Positions 6,939-15,386 of a stretch of 32,000 bases of DNA are shown here, one piece after another; position 1 is the stretch's first letter, and the number at the start of each line of letters is the position of its first letter. The DNA lies in NCBI RefSeq assembly GCF_000009705.1, contig NC_003272.1:4800001-4832000 (forward strand), in the 5' to 3' direction. Source of the DNA: Nostoc sp. PCC 7120 = FACHB-418 (lineage in GTDB: Bacteria > Cyanobacteriota > Cyanobacteriia > Cyanobacteriales > Nostocaceae). Made by a program: the position numbers and the translations under genes. Under the pieces are notes generated by a model. The model made no database searches. It was not told the origin of the DNA and saw nothing but the letters and a program-made list of their open reading frames with translations.

Positions 6939-9677
6939 TTATTTATAATACTGCTGGGCTAAAAACTCTTGGGCTTCGACTTGATTTGTAATGTTTCCAT
7001 CTAAAGTTTTAGCTAGTAAATCATCTAGCATTTGTCGATACTGCGGCCCTGGTTTATATCCTAACTTCTTGAGGTCATTACCATTTAAAATTGGTTGAAC
7101 GTTAGCCCAGACTGTTAAGTATTGCCAGATTTGCCGCCTGATGGGGCGCTGGCTTTGTAAAGCAATCAAAATTAGTATTTCTAAATTGTACTTGCGTAGT
7201 AGTTGAACTACTTGGCTGGGGCGTTGATATTCAGATAAAGATTGTATAATCTCAGTCTGAGCAACAGCGAGGTTTTGCAAGTGCTGAATGCTATCTTCTT
7301 GTAATTGCAGATTTTTGGCAACTTTACCTCGATACTTTGGTGCGAGGTGGGCAATAATGGCTTCTAAGCGCATTTGCCAAGGAATTAGGTTTTGTTGGGG
7401 GTCAAATCGCCGCAAACAACGTTCTAGTAAAAGTAGTTGTTTTGTGAGTTCACTATCTAAACTCAGGGTAGGATGGATGCACTGTAATGCCCCTAAGTCA
7501 TCGAGTAATTGCAAAGCAGATCGCCAGTAAGGTGCTTCTAATATGTGCTTGAGTTCAGTTTTGAGTCGAGTTTGCAGGGCTGGGGTTTTGGTATTGTTTT
7601 GGGCAGTGCGATCGTAAACACCACTGTTGATGGCATAGCGGATATATTCTTCGGTGCGTGGTTCAATGGCAAATCCAAAACGCACAGCAAAGCGCACACC
7701 GCGATAAATCCGGGTGGGATCTTCGATAAAGCTATTGGCGTGCAGGACGCGGATTTGCTTGGCTTTTAAATCTAATAAACCGCCAAAGAAATCGAGTAAA
7801 TCGCCAGCACGGGGAGAGGTAAGGCGCAGGGCGAGGGCGTTGATGGTGAAGTCACGGCGATATAAGTCTTGGCGAATGGAACTGGCTTCAACTTCAGGAT
7901 TCGCGGCGGGGTAAGGATAAAATTCCGTCCTGGCGGTGGCAATATCTACCCACAAAGAATCTAAGTCTGGGTCTTTGTGCCACAACAAAGCAGCCGTTTG
8001 AAAAGCACCGTGGATTTCTAAACGGGCAGCTGGATAAATTTCTTGCAGTGCCTTTGCTAGTTCCACACCTGCACCCACATCGGCTGATTTGTGGAAGCCA
8101 TCAACTACCAAATCTATATCTGTAATCATGAGCGTGCCGGCGGCTGCTTCTGCCAACAGCAAATCTCGCACCGCACCACCAACTAAATACAAATGCCAAC
8201 CCCTTTCCTCGGCGGCTTGGGAAGCAGTGGTGAGTAATTGCCAGAGTTGGGGAGTAAGACGCGATCGCAATTCATGACTGAGGGAAGTTTTCAACTCAGC
8301 ACCCATATCTCGGAACTGGCTTAAAGCCCCGCTACCACCGACAGCAATATTTTGATGCAGTTCCCGTAAAACATCGGTACGAGTGACGATACCCACTAAC
8401 TGCTCATTTGCCAATACTGGCAAGCGACCGATATCATAGGTCACCATCAGCGACTCAATTTGTGGCAACGTCGTCTCTGGGGTGATGGTTTTTAAATCAG
8501 TGGTCATGTAACCTTTGACTGGCGCATGACTAAATCCGTGATGTAGGGCGATATCCAAATCACGGCGAGAAATAATCCCCACCAATTGCCCTTGGGGATT
8601 AACCACAGATAAACCAGAATGTCCGTAGCGTAATAAAATGCGCTGTGCTTCGGCAATTGTAGTTTCTGGGCGAATTGTGCGGACTGGGGAAGACATCAAA
8701 TCCCTAGCTGTGGGGGGATGAGGAATAGCCGCCTTGATACCTTGGAGGAGTTGTTGAAGGATATCTTGGCTATCAACGCCACGTAAATTGAGTGATGCTG
8801 CTTGGGAATGACCACCACCGCCCAAGGGTTGAAATAATTGGTCTAGATGCAGACCGGGAATTTGCGATCGCCCAATTACTGTGAAACGGGAATCATCTTT
8901 ATTTGATGGGTGTTCATTTGCCAACAGCAAAGCATCAATTTCTGTTAACTCTATGAGCTGCGACGCTAGACTTGATAACCCAGGGACATAACCATCTGTT
9001 GTTAAAGTCACCCAAGCGATAGTATAACCACGTAAGCAAAGATATTCTAATTTTTCCAACGCTTCCGTTAATAGTCGCTGCAATTGGGGAGATAAACCAG
9101 GGTCACGGTAATTAGTAATTACAGATAAACTAGCACCCTGCGCCATCAACCAAGCTAAAGCTAAGGCATCCCTGGGAGTTGATTGGTCGTAGGTAAGGGA
9201 ACCCGTATCTACATGAATACCCAAAGCCATCACCGTTGCTTGGGCAGGATTGAGAGCGATTTGCTGCCGTTGTAATTCCTCCGCAATCAGGGTTGTAGTT
9301 GCACCCACCGAGGCGACATGAAACTGAGTTGCAGGGATATCTGATGTTTGTCCTGTGTGATGGTCGTAAACCGTAATTTTCTTAACTTGAGGTAAATCTA
9401 ACCACTCAGCCGGCTTACCCAGGCGATCGCGTTGTTGGGCATCTACTATAGTGAGCGATCGAATTTTGTCCGCATTTACCGAGCGTCTTTCAATTAAAGG
9501 ATACTCATCCCGATGTAGCGCCAAAAAATCTCGCACAGGTGGATGCGCGCCCCCAGTCAACACAATCTTGCTTCCGGGTAATAGGCAAGTTAGTCCTACG
9601 GCTGCGCCCAATGTATCAAAATCGGCTGTTGTGTGGCAAAGAATTAAATCCATGTTTAACTTTTGGCGGCTCCACAT
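6939..9677 (-). CDS. Multidomain DHH/DHHA1 phosphoesterase + tandem CBS + class II nucleotidyltransferase (CCA-adding enzyme / poly(A) polymerase family), 912 aa.
   Basis: DHH motifs HTTADFDTLGAA and VYDHHTG, and the DHHA1 motif GGGGHSQAAS. Two CBS modules (MSSPVRTI...GIISRRD and YMTTDLKTI...GIVTRTD). Nucleotidyltransferase head LYLVGGAVRDLLL...DIDLVV, then RRDFTINALA and EDPTRIYRGVRF. An alternative start at Met9 (9653) is possible. Confidence 0.85.
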   Translation of the reverse strand: MWSRQKLNMDLILCHTTADFDTLGAAVGLTCLLPGSKIVLTGGAHPPVRDFLALHRDEYPLIERRSVNADKIRSLTIVDAQQRDRLGKPAEWLDLPQVKKITVYDHHTGQTSDIPATQFHVASVGATTTLIAEELQRQQIALNPAQATVMALGIHVDTGSLTYDQSTPRDALALAWLMAQGASLSVITNYRDPGLSPQLQRLLTEALEKLEYLCLRGYTIAWVTLTTDGYVPGLSSLASQLIELTEIDALLLANEHPSNKDDSRFTVIGRSQIPGLHLDQLFQPLGGGGHSQAASLNLRGVDSQDILQQLLQGIKAAIPHPPTARDLMSSPVRTIRPETTIAEAQRILLRYGHSGLSVVNPQGQLVGIISRRDLDIALHHGFSHAPVKGYMTTDLKTITPETTLPQIESLMVTYDIGRLPVLANEQLVGIVTRTDVLRELHQNIAVGGSGALSQFRDMGAELKTSLSHELRSRLTPQLWQLLTTASQAAEERGWHLYLVGGAVRDLLLAEAAAGTLMITDIDLVVDGFHKSADVGAGVELAKALQEIYPAARLEIHGAFQTAALLWHKDPDLDSLWVDIATARTEFYPYPAANPEVEASSIRQDLYRRDFTINALALRLTSPRAGDLLDFFGGLLDLKAKQIRVLHANSFIEDPTRIYRGVRFAVRFGFAIEPRTEEYIRYAINSGVYDRTAQNNTKTPALQTRLKTELKHILEAPYWRSALQLLDDLGALQCIHPTLSLDSELTKQLLLLERCLRRFDPQQNLIPWQMRLEAIIAHLAPKYRGKVAKNLQLQEDSIQHLQNLAVAQTEIIQSLSEYQRPSQVVQLLRKYNLEILILIALQSQRPIRRQIWQYLTVWANVQPILNGNDLKKLGYKPGPQYRQMLDDLLAKTLDGNITNQVEAQEFLAQQYYK

Positions 9678-9790
9678 TCTCTGCTATGGGGTTTTCTGGA
9701 AGAATATCTGACATACTCTCACACAGCACTATGAGCAGATGCTTTAGTTAATGGTACTTCATGAGTTTCGCCACTAAACGCTGCTGTTAG

Positions 9791-9943
9791 TTCAGGACTA
9801 GCGATCGTGGCAAGGTGCATGATACACGACTGGTTGCAGCAATGTTAGTGCATGGGTTAAACCATATCCTAACGTTTAATATTAGTGATGTTGCCCGTTA
9901 TTTAGAAATTACTCCTGTTCACCCCAAAGAGATAAAACCATAA
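9791..9943 (+). pseudogene. Remnant of a PIN-domain (VapC-like) toxin gene. Only the C-terminal ~50 codons remain.
   Basis: My translation reads FRTSDRGKVHDTRLVAAMLVHGLNHILTFNISDVARYLEITPVHPKEIKP*. The pattern G-x-VHD-x-RLVAAM...HG...ILTFN..DF/V.RY is the C-terminal catalytic-Asp region of a VapC/PIN family. In-frame TAG and TAA codons lie immediately upstream, and there is no start codon and no room for the N-terminal ~90 aa. Confidence 0.6.
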
Positions 9944-10006
9944 GACAATTTATAAGACTTGATATCATTTTCATAGGGTCTAGCTAGCATACATTGACTA
10001 AGAGAT

Positions 10007-10378
10007 ATGAATCAGCCATCAAATTTGCAGGTCAAATATAAAAAAATCTTTCCTATTTTTATGCTAATTTGTAGCATTTTTATACTTTATGTATCATTAG
10101 TAGCCGGATTTTCGCTAAATACAATTACAGGTTTAATACTTTTACTGCTCAGTTTTTTAATGTTGACACGCACTGTAGCTGTGATTACTCCAAATGAGAT
10201 TCAGATGATGAATCTATTAGGAATTACAGTTAAAACATATTCTTACACTCCCGACCAAATTGTAATTGCAAATAATAGCGTTTATGTTAATGGTAAAAAA
10301 GTTCTTTCAGGTTTGTGGGCAGACATCAATATTAAAGAAGTAAAAGAATTTTTCTTACAAATACAAGAAGAACAATAA
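10007..10378 (+). CDS. Hypothetical small membrane protein (two predicted TM helices), an AT-rich orphan-like ORF.
   Basis: The ORF has an ATG start, the hydrophobic stretches IFPIFMLICSIFILYVSLVAGF and ITGLILLLLSFLML, and markedly AT-rich codon usage compared with its neighbours. I recognise no family. Confidence 0.5.
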   Translation: MNQPSNLQVKYKKIFPIFMLICSIFILYVSLVAGFSLNTITGLILLLLSFLMLTRTVAVITPNEIQMMNLLGITVKTYSYTPDQIVIANNSVYVNGKKVLSGLWADINIKEVKEFFLQIQEEQ

Positions 10379-10465
10379 ATTTGGGGTTCCTCAAGAGGCA
10401 TCGTGTCCTATCACCTCCAGATTTTTTGAATATAAGTAGAAGTAAGATCACTCTCAATATACAAG

Positions 10466-10549
10466 GGTGTGTCAGACGGCTCAAATGCTTTCAATAAAAA
10501 GATTCTTGATATCTGACGCACCCTACTAATATGCCAGTTGCGTAAGTCT
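10466..10549. repeat. Repeat-element fragment: a 12-bp imperfect inverted repeat followed by a TIR-like end.
   Basis: GGGTGTGTCAGA (10466..10477) pairs with TCTGACGCACCC (10512..10523). TGCGTAAGTCT (10539..10549) then resembles the TGCGTAAGTCCT terminus of the MITE-like family. Confidence 0.4.
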
Positions 10550-10744
10550 TGATATAGCGGACTGTTGACTCACAATAATGGTCAGCCGACATAAAATTAT
10601 TAGCTCAAGGTGCGGAAAAAATACCAGTTTTACCGCCAGAAGCATTTACCCGTGAAATCCTAGCTTTCACGGTAAAACAATCTTGAATCACTAGGGTTGT
10701 TATGCACCAGGGGGTGGATAGAAGGCCATCACTTCACGACTTAC

Positions 10745-11140
10745 TTAGCAGCCACAATTTATTTTGGTACCGAGCTGCGCTTTCTTGCCATCAGTGGCGT
10801 AACCATCACGTTTCCACCAATCAAGGCCACCAATCAGTTCGCGTACGTCAAAGCCCAAGGTCAGTAAATTGAGTGCTGTTTTAGTCGAGGCGTTGCAGCC
10901 AATGCCGTCGCAATAGCAAACGTAAAGCTTTGATTTATCCAGCATCTGGGTCGAATTGAAACAGATTTCTTTGTGTGGAAGGTTCAGCGCTCCCGGAATA
11001 TGTTCATCCGCGAAGGCAGCCTCTGAACGACCATCAACGATGGTTATTGCCTGCCCTTCGTTTAGCGCAATGTAAAGATCCCATGAGTCCATCTCATACG
11101 CAAGTTTACGTTGATAGTGCGCCATTTGATCTACGCTCAT
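10745..11140 (-). CDS. Rhodanese-domain sulfurtransferase, 131 aa.
   Basis: Single rhodanese fold pattern IVDGRSEAAFADEHIPGALNLPH with the active-site loop CYCDGIGCNAS. Confidence 0.8.
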   Translation of the reverse strand: MSVDQMAHYQRKLAYEMDSWDLYIALNEGQAITIVDGRSEAAFADEHIPGALNLPHKEICFNSTQMLDKSKLYVCYCDGIGCNASTKTALNLLTLGFDVRELIGGLDWWKRDGYATDGKKAQLGTKINCGC

Positions 11141-11377
11141 TATTCTTTCCTTTCTGTTGAACGAAGTTGATTGATAATGCTTGACAGCGATGATTGGGCA
11201 TTAGGCTACATACAGATTTGGTGTAATCACACCCCGAAAGTATTGACTGTGGACTAATGACCATAGTGACCGAATTTCTGGTAGCTTACAATTAAGGAAA
11301 AACTGTCGGTGTCGCCAGTTACGATATTCTATTTTTAGTACTTTCTTTAGTATTTCGCTGTCTTGGGAGAAGTCAAA

Positions 11378-11566
11378 ATGACCATAATATTCCAATTTGC
11401 TTTGGTAGCGCTTGTGTTGGTGTCTTTTGTCCTAGTTGTGGGCGTGCCTGTTGCTTATGCCACTCCACAAAACTGGGTGGAATCTAAAAAGCTCCTTTGG
11501 CTTGGTTCCGGTGTTTGGATTGCTTTGGTGCTTTTAGTCGGATTGTTAAACTTTTTTGTGGTCTAG
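11378..11566 (+). CDS. psbZ: Photosystem II reaction-centre protein Z (Ycf9), 62 aa.
   Basis: [62 protein letters not shown] is a recognisable two-helix PsbZ sequence. I chose the ATG at 11378, which has GGGAGA 8 nt upstream, over the TTG at 11363 given in the ORF track. Confidence 0.9.
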   Translation: MTIIFQFALVALVLVSFVLVVGVPVAYATPQNWVESKKLLWLGSGVWIALVLLVGLLNFFVV

Positions 11567-11760
11567 ACAGGCGCTTTGTCTTAGCCAAGATAAATAATAT
11601 CGACACTACAGGGGCAGGAGAGCCGCCAACACAGGTACAAAATCCAAGAAAAATTTACCATTTTTTCTTGTTTTCCCTACCTAATTGTGTTCTCCTGCTC
11701 TTCAATATTTAGAGAAGAAATGTATATTGACAAGAAGTATATTAGATTCCAGGTAGAGTC

Positions 11761-12333
11761 ATGGCAGTTTTCGAGGGAACTTTTACTCAAACAGAACCTT
11801 TGCGTTTAGCGGTAGTGATTGGTCGGTTCAATGACCTTGTAACCACAAAGCTACTAGCAGGATGTCAAGATTGCTTAAAACGCCACGGTGTAGATCCCGA
11901 TCCCCACGGGAATCAAGTAGACTATGTTTGGGTTCCTGGAAGTTTTGAAGTACCTCTTGTTGCTCGTCAACTAGCTCTTACCCATCGTTATGATGCAATC
12001 ATCTGTCTTGGTGCTGTGATTCGTGGACAAACACCCCATTTTGATTATGTCTCCGCCGAAGTATCCAAAGGCATTGCTGCTGCTAGTTTCCAGACAGGCG
12101 TACCTGTAATTTTTGGGATTTTGACAGTAGATACCATGCAGCAAGCTTTAGAAAGAGCAGGTATCAAAGCTAATCATGGTTGGGACTATGCCATGAATGC
12201 TCTAGAAATGGCTAGCCTTATGCGCCAATTGCGTTCTAACGTTACAGATTCTTACTCCCAAACCCAATCCTTACCAGCCGCCTTTCCCAATGCCAGCATT
12301 GGTAAATTGACCGCAGAGTCTGAAGAAGTGTAA
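11761..12333 (+). CDS. ribH: 6,7-dimethyl-8-ribityllumazine synthase.
   Basis: [22 protein letters not shown]..., [30 protein letters not shown] and [10 protein letters not shown] are classical RibH motifs. Confidence 0.9.
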   Translation: MAVFEGTFTQTEPLRLAVVIGRFNDLVTTKLLAGCQDCLKRHGVDPDPHGNQVDYVWVPGSFEVPLVARQLALTHRYDAIICLGAVIRGQTPHFDYVSAEVSKGIAAASFQTGVPVIFGILTVDTMQQALERAGIKANHGWDYAMNALEMASLMRQLRSNVTDSYSQTQSLPAAFPNASIGKLTAESEEV

Positions 12334-12340
12334 AAAAGTC

Positions 12341-12466
12341 AGGACTTACGCATGAAAACGAAAAATCAAGGGTTTGGACAAGGATATAGGGTATATATGT
12401 TTAAAACCCCTACACCCTTACACCCTTACACCCTGTCTCAACAGACAACCTCGGTGCGTAAGTCCT
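12341..12466. repeat. MITE-like palindromic repeat, copy B, complete with perfect 12-bp termini.
   Basis: AGGACTTACGCA at 12341..12352 pairs with TGCGTAAGTCCT at 12455..12466. The interior is a GGGT/ACCC-rich imperfect long hairpin that includes CCCTTACA octamer repeats and the sub-hairpin CACCC(T/A)G-N14-C(T)GGGTG. It begins 8 nt after the ribH stop. Confidence 0.75.
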
Positions 12467-12561
12467 ATTGATTAGTCTCCAGCCCTCAGTTAGCAAAATT
12501 TACAAGTTTAAACAGTTGACAAATAAAAATTAATCTGGCATATTTAGATATAGTGAAGTTT

Positions 12562-12633
12562 GCGGGTATAGCTCAGTGGTAGAGCGTCACCTTGCCAAGG
12601 TGAATGTCGCGCGTTCGAATCGCGTTACCCGCT
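12562..12633 (+). tRNA. tRNA-Gly (anticodon GCC). CCA is not encoded.
   Basis: Acceptor stem GCGGGTA/TACCCGC, D-arm AGCTCAGTGGTAGAGC, anticodon stem-loop TCACC-TTGCCAA-GGTGA, T-arm GCGCG-TTCGAAT-CGCGT, discriminator T. Confidence 0.93.
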
Positions 12634-12825
12634 TTTAGAGGAATAAATAAAAGTAGCCTTAAAAGTGAAAAGCTGTAGTGCAGGTTTCGCTACAATCATT
12701 AGTGTGTAAGCTAATCACTTTTTTGTAGGGGTTATACTACACTAGTTACTAGCTGGGTAGATAGCCTTATTATCAGGTGCATAATTAGCCCAAAAACTTC
12801 GAGGGAGAGTCAGGGAAACTGTTTC

Positions 12826-12876
12826 CTTTACACCCTCACACCCAGTCTCAACAGATAATCTGGGTGCATAAGTTCT
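12826..12876. repeat. MITE-like repeat, partial copy C (right arm only).
   Basis: CTTTACACCCTCACACCCAGTCTCAACAGATAATCTGGGTGCATAAGTTCT aligns with the right arms of copies B and D. Confidence 0.6.
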
Positions 12877-12988
12877 AATTTTAGATAGGAAAATGCAGAA
12901 ATTTTAAACAAGAAGTTAACGTGGTTTTAATACCCACACTCATACAATCCTGATTACTTGTCATGTATGGGGTTCTTAATTTTAAATT

Positions 12989-13423
12989 TTGAATTTTAAA
13001 TTGCTGAAAACGCTTGTGCAATCTAAAAAACCCGAAAAAATCGATTTCAATACGGAATACCCGTGTCCTTGCCGTCGCCGAGGGCGGTTAGTACCGATTA
13101 CACTGACAGAGGCATTTGGTTGCGATCGCTGTCAGCAAATCTTTGTTGTAGAAGATAATGGCCATGTATTAGAACAGCTTTCAACCACCTATCCCTACAA
13201 ACGTGCTTGGCGTTGGACAGGGAATAGTTGGCAAGTTGTCCACCCAAAATTGCGAGAAAGCTATTTACCTATAGCATTGGGCATTATTTTCGTGCTAGTG
13301 ATTATATGGCTACCATTAGCACTGCGACTGGCCAATGGTTCTAGTATCATCGCTTGGGCAATGGTGGCAGTATTGTTGGCTATTTTGCCAGCACTCATGG
13401 TCTGGCTTACTTACAGACGATAA
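12989..13423 (+). CDS. Hypothetical zinc-ribbon membrane protein (CPC...CDRC followed by two TM helices), 144 aa from a TTG start.
   Basis: The cysteine pairs YPCPCRRRG and GCDRCQQIF suggest a zinc ribbon. C-terminal hydrophobic segments are LPIALGIIFVLVIIWLPLAL and IIAWAMVAVLLAILPALMVWL. The stop lies 4 nt before the proA-like ATG. The start codon is uncertain because the ORF track uses TTG. Confidence 0.6.
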   Translation: MNFKLLKTLVQSKKPEKIDFNTEYPCPCRRRGRLVPITLTEAFGCDRCQQIFVVEDNGHVLEQLSTTYPYKRAWRWTGNSWQVVHPKLRESYLPIALGIIFVLVIIWLPLALRLANGSSIIAWAMVAVLLAILPALMVWLTYRR

Positions 13424-13427
13424 CTCA

Positions 13428-14693
13428 ATGACCGTTGCAGCTTTAGATGATTGTCCCGAACCCATGAAAAGCGCCAAACGCGCTTTTCAAGCTTCCCTGA
13501 AGTTAGGTACTACCAAGGGAATAGATCGTAGTCGCGCTGTTTTGGCAATGGCACAGGCGCTAGAAAACGCATTTGACGACATTTTAGAAGCCAATACCTT
13601 GGATCTAGAAGCTAGTCGAGAAATGGCAGTGCCAGAACTGATTTTGGACTGGCTGAAATTAACTCCCACCAGGTTAGAGATTACAGTAGAAATTCTGCAA
13701 AGGTTGGGAGAAATATCAGACCCATTACGCCGGGTAAGAAACGCCGACTATCAGCCAGAAGATTCTCAGAGTTATTCTCAGTTAATGCCTTTGGGAGTAA
13801 TTGGATTTATTTATGAAGCGTTTCCCGATTTAGGAGCGATCGCCGCAGGTTTGTGTATTAAAACCGGTAATAGTATTATCCTGAAGGGTAGTACAGAAGC
13901 TAGTCATTCTAATGCGGCGATCGTAGAAGCATTACAACACGCGATCGTCGAAGTTGGACTACCATCAGGCTGTATAGAACTTGTCACTACAGAACATGGC
14001 GGTTCCCTGCGGGATTTAATCACCCAAGACCAATATATCAACTTGGTAATTCCCTACGGACGTTCCAGTTTAGTACAGCAGGTAATGCGCCAAGCGACTT
14101 GCCCGGTGTTAAAGTCAGCAATGGGTAACTGTTACCTCTACTGGTCGTTAAATAGCAGCTTAGACATGGTACGTTGGATGATTCTCGATAGCCATGAAAG
14201 CGAACCAGATCCCGTCAACGCTATTGAGAAAGTCTTAATTCATCGTCAAGCCATGCCTTCATCTTTAGCTGTTTTGTGGAATAGCCTCAAAGAGAAAGGG
14301 TTTGAAATTAAAGGCGACGGGGAACTAGTAGAAGCCTTTCCCCAGTTGCAGCTAGCAAAAGATAACGAATGGGGCAACGCTTATTTAACTAAGACAGTGG
14401 CATTTAAACTGGTAGATAGTTTGGATGGAGCGATCGCCTGGATAAATCAATACAGTAGCGGTCATGCTGACTCCATCGCCACTGAGTCCTATCAAGAAAG
14501 TCGCCAATTTGCCTTAGGAGTTAACAGCGCTGCCACCTATATCAACACATCCCCACGCTTCTCTCGTAACCCTTCACGGGGTGATTCTGTGTTTTTAGGT
14601 ATGTCCAATCAAAAAGGTCATCGCCGGGGGTTTATCAGCCTAGAAACTTTGACTACCCTCAAACACATTATTCAGGGGAATGGGAGATTTTAA
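13428..14693 (+). CDS. Gamma-glutamyl-phosphate reductase (ProA)-like ALDH-superfamily protein. It is a divergent paralog that appears to lack the catalytic cysteine.
   Basis: ProA-like blocks: ILEANTLDLEASRE, PLGVIGFIYEAFPDLGAIAAGLCIKTGNSIILKGSTE, LVIPYGRSSLV, and SGHADSIAT...NTSPRFS. The position that aligns with the Cys of E. coli [12 protein letters not shown] reads DPVNAIEKVLIH (Val). I chose the ATG at 13428, so the ORF-track extension back to 13335 overlaps the upstream gene. Confidence 0.7.
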   Translation: MTVAALDDCPEPMKSAKRAFQASLKLGTTKGIDRSRAVLAMAQALENAFDDILEANTLDLEASREMAVPELILDWLKLTPTRLEITVEILQRLGEISDPLRRVRNADYQPEDSQSYSQLMPLGVIGFIYEAFPDLGAIAAGLCIKTGNSIILKGSTEASHSNAAIVEALQHAIVEVGLPSGCIELVTTEHGGSLRDLITQDQYINLVIPYGRSSLVQQVMRQATCPVLKSAMGNCYLYWSLNSSLDMVRWMILDSHESEPDPVNAIEKVLIHRQAMPSSLAVLWNSLKEKGFEIKGDGELVEAFPQLQLAKDNEWGNAYLTKTVAFKLVDSLDGAIAWINQYSSGHADSIATESYQESRQFALGVNSAATYINTSPRFSRNPSRGDSVFLGMSNQKGHRRGFISLETLTTLKHIIQGNGRF

Positions 14694-14840
14694 GTTTGGT
14701 AATGGGTAATAATGTTGTTTTCCCTTCTGCTTCCCTGCCTCTTAATAGTCCTTACACCAGGCGATCGCAGGCCATGATAAGTTGATCTAGTACCCCTATA
14801 TAACGATGCTGGGGTTCAAAAAAATTAACATAACAAATTT

Positions 14841-15386
14841 ATGACAACCGAAATTAATATTCCTAATTTAGTCAATCTCGAATATATTCCCTATATTGAT
14901 GAAAATGGGCAATTACCAGAAAATTATCAAGAAAAAATAGGGGTGTATGCAATCTTTGACCAGGAAAAAACATTACAGTTTGTCGGATATTCTCGTGATG
15001 TTTATTTAAGTTTGAGACAGCATTTAGTCCGTCAGCTACAACATTGCTACTGGGTGAAAGTTCAAACAATTGAACGTCCCAGTCGGACTGTTTTAGAAAA
15101 TATTGAAAAGGCTTGGATAGCCGAAAACGGAACTACACCTGTGGGGAATGGAGAACAGAAAGAAATATGGACGCAGCCTGTAGATGTGAAAAAATTCATG
15201 ACAGACGAAGAACAGACGAATTATCACAAACCCACTAATGATGAACTCACACAAATGAAAATTATTAAAAATGTAGCTCGACGAGTAGAGACGGAAATTT
15301 TAGCATCTTTAGAATTACGTGGGTTAAAAACTCAATTGCGTTTTAATCCTAAGTTAAAAGAAGACGGTTTACTAGATTTGAAATGA
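14841..15386 (+). CDS. GIY-YIG nuclease-superfamily domain protein, 181 aa.
   Basis: The N-terminal block IGVYAIFDQEKTLQFVGYSRDVYLSLRQHL matches the GIY-(x10)-YIG/YVG pattern and the following R...H helix. The C-terminal part is unassigned. Confidence 0.6.
   Translation: MTTEINIPNLVNLEYIPYIDENGQLPENYQEKIGVYAIFDQEKTLQFVGYSRDVYLSLRQHLVRQLQHCYWVKVQTIERPSRTVLENIEKAWIAENGTTPVGNGEQKEIWTQPVDVKKFMTDEEQTNYHKPTNDELTQMKIIKNVARRVETEILASLELRGLKTQLRFNPKLKEDGLLDLK

Noticed and set aside
6933-6941. Two convergent gene pairs with essentially no spacer: sbcC and the CCA-enzyme gene (3 nt), and the kinase and the 82-aa ORF at 16980/16981 (0 nt).
   Set aside because: Tight convergent packing without a terminator is common in compact bacterial genomes and is not informative on its own.
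10579-10686. A start-less 35-codon open frame ending ...ADIKLLAQGAEKIPVLPPEAFTREILAFTVKQS*, containing an 8-bp-stem hairpin (10650..10672).
   Set aside because: It looks like the C-terminal scrap of a gene, but I cannot assign a family from memory. It is mentioned only as part of the decayed-patch finding.
11201-11395. A 64-aa minus-strand ORF overlapping the psbZ start.
   Set aside because: It overlaps the well-supported psbZ gene and its RBS on the opposite strand, and its composition is not coding-like.
11567-11760. A possible FMN riboswitch or other leader structure upstream of ribH.
   Set aside because: I see only a loose long-range complementarity (GCAGGAGAGC ... GTTCTCCTGC). None of the conserved FMN-aptamer sequence blocks I can recall are present.
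13335-13427. The N-terminal extension of the ProA-like ORF given in the ORF track (start at 13335).
   Set aside because: It overlaps the 3' end of the upstream zinc-ribbon gene in another frame. ProA homology begins after the ATG at 13428.
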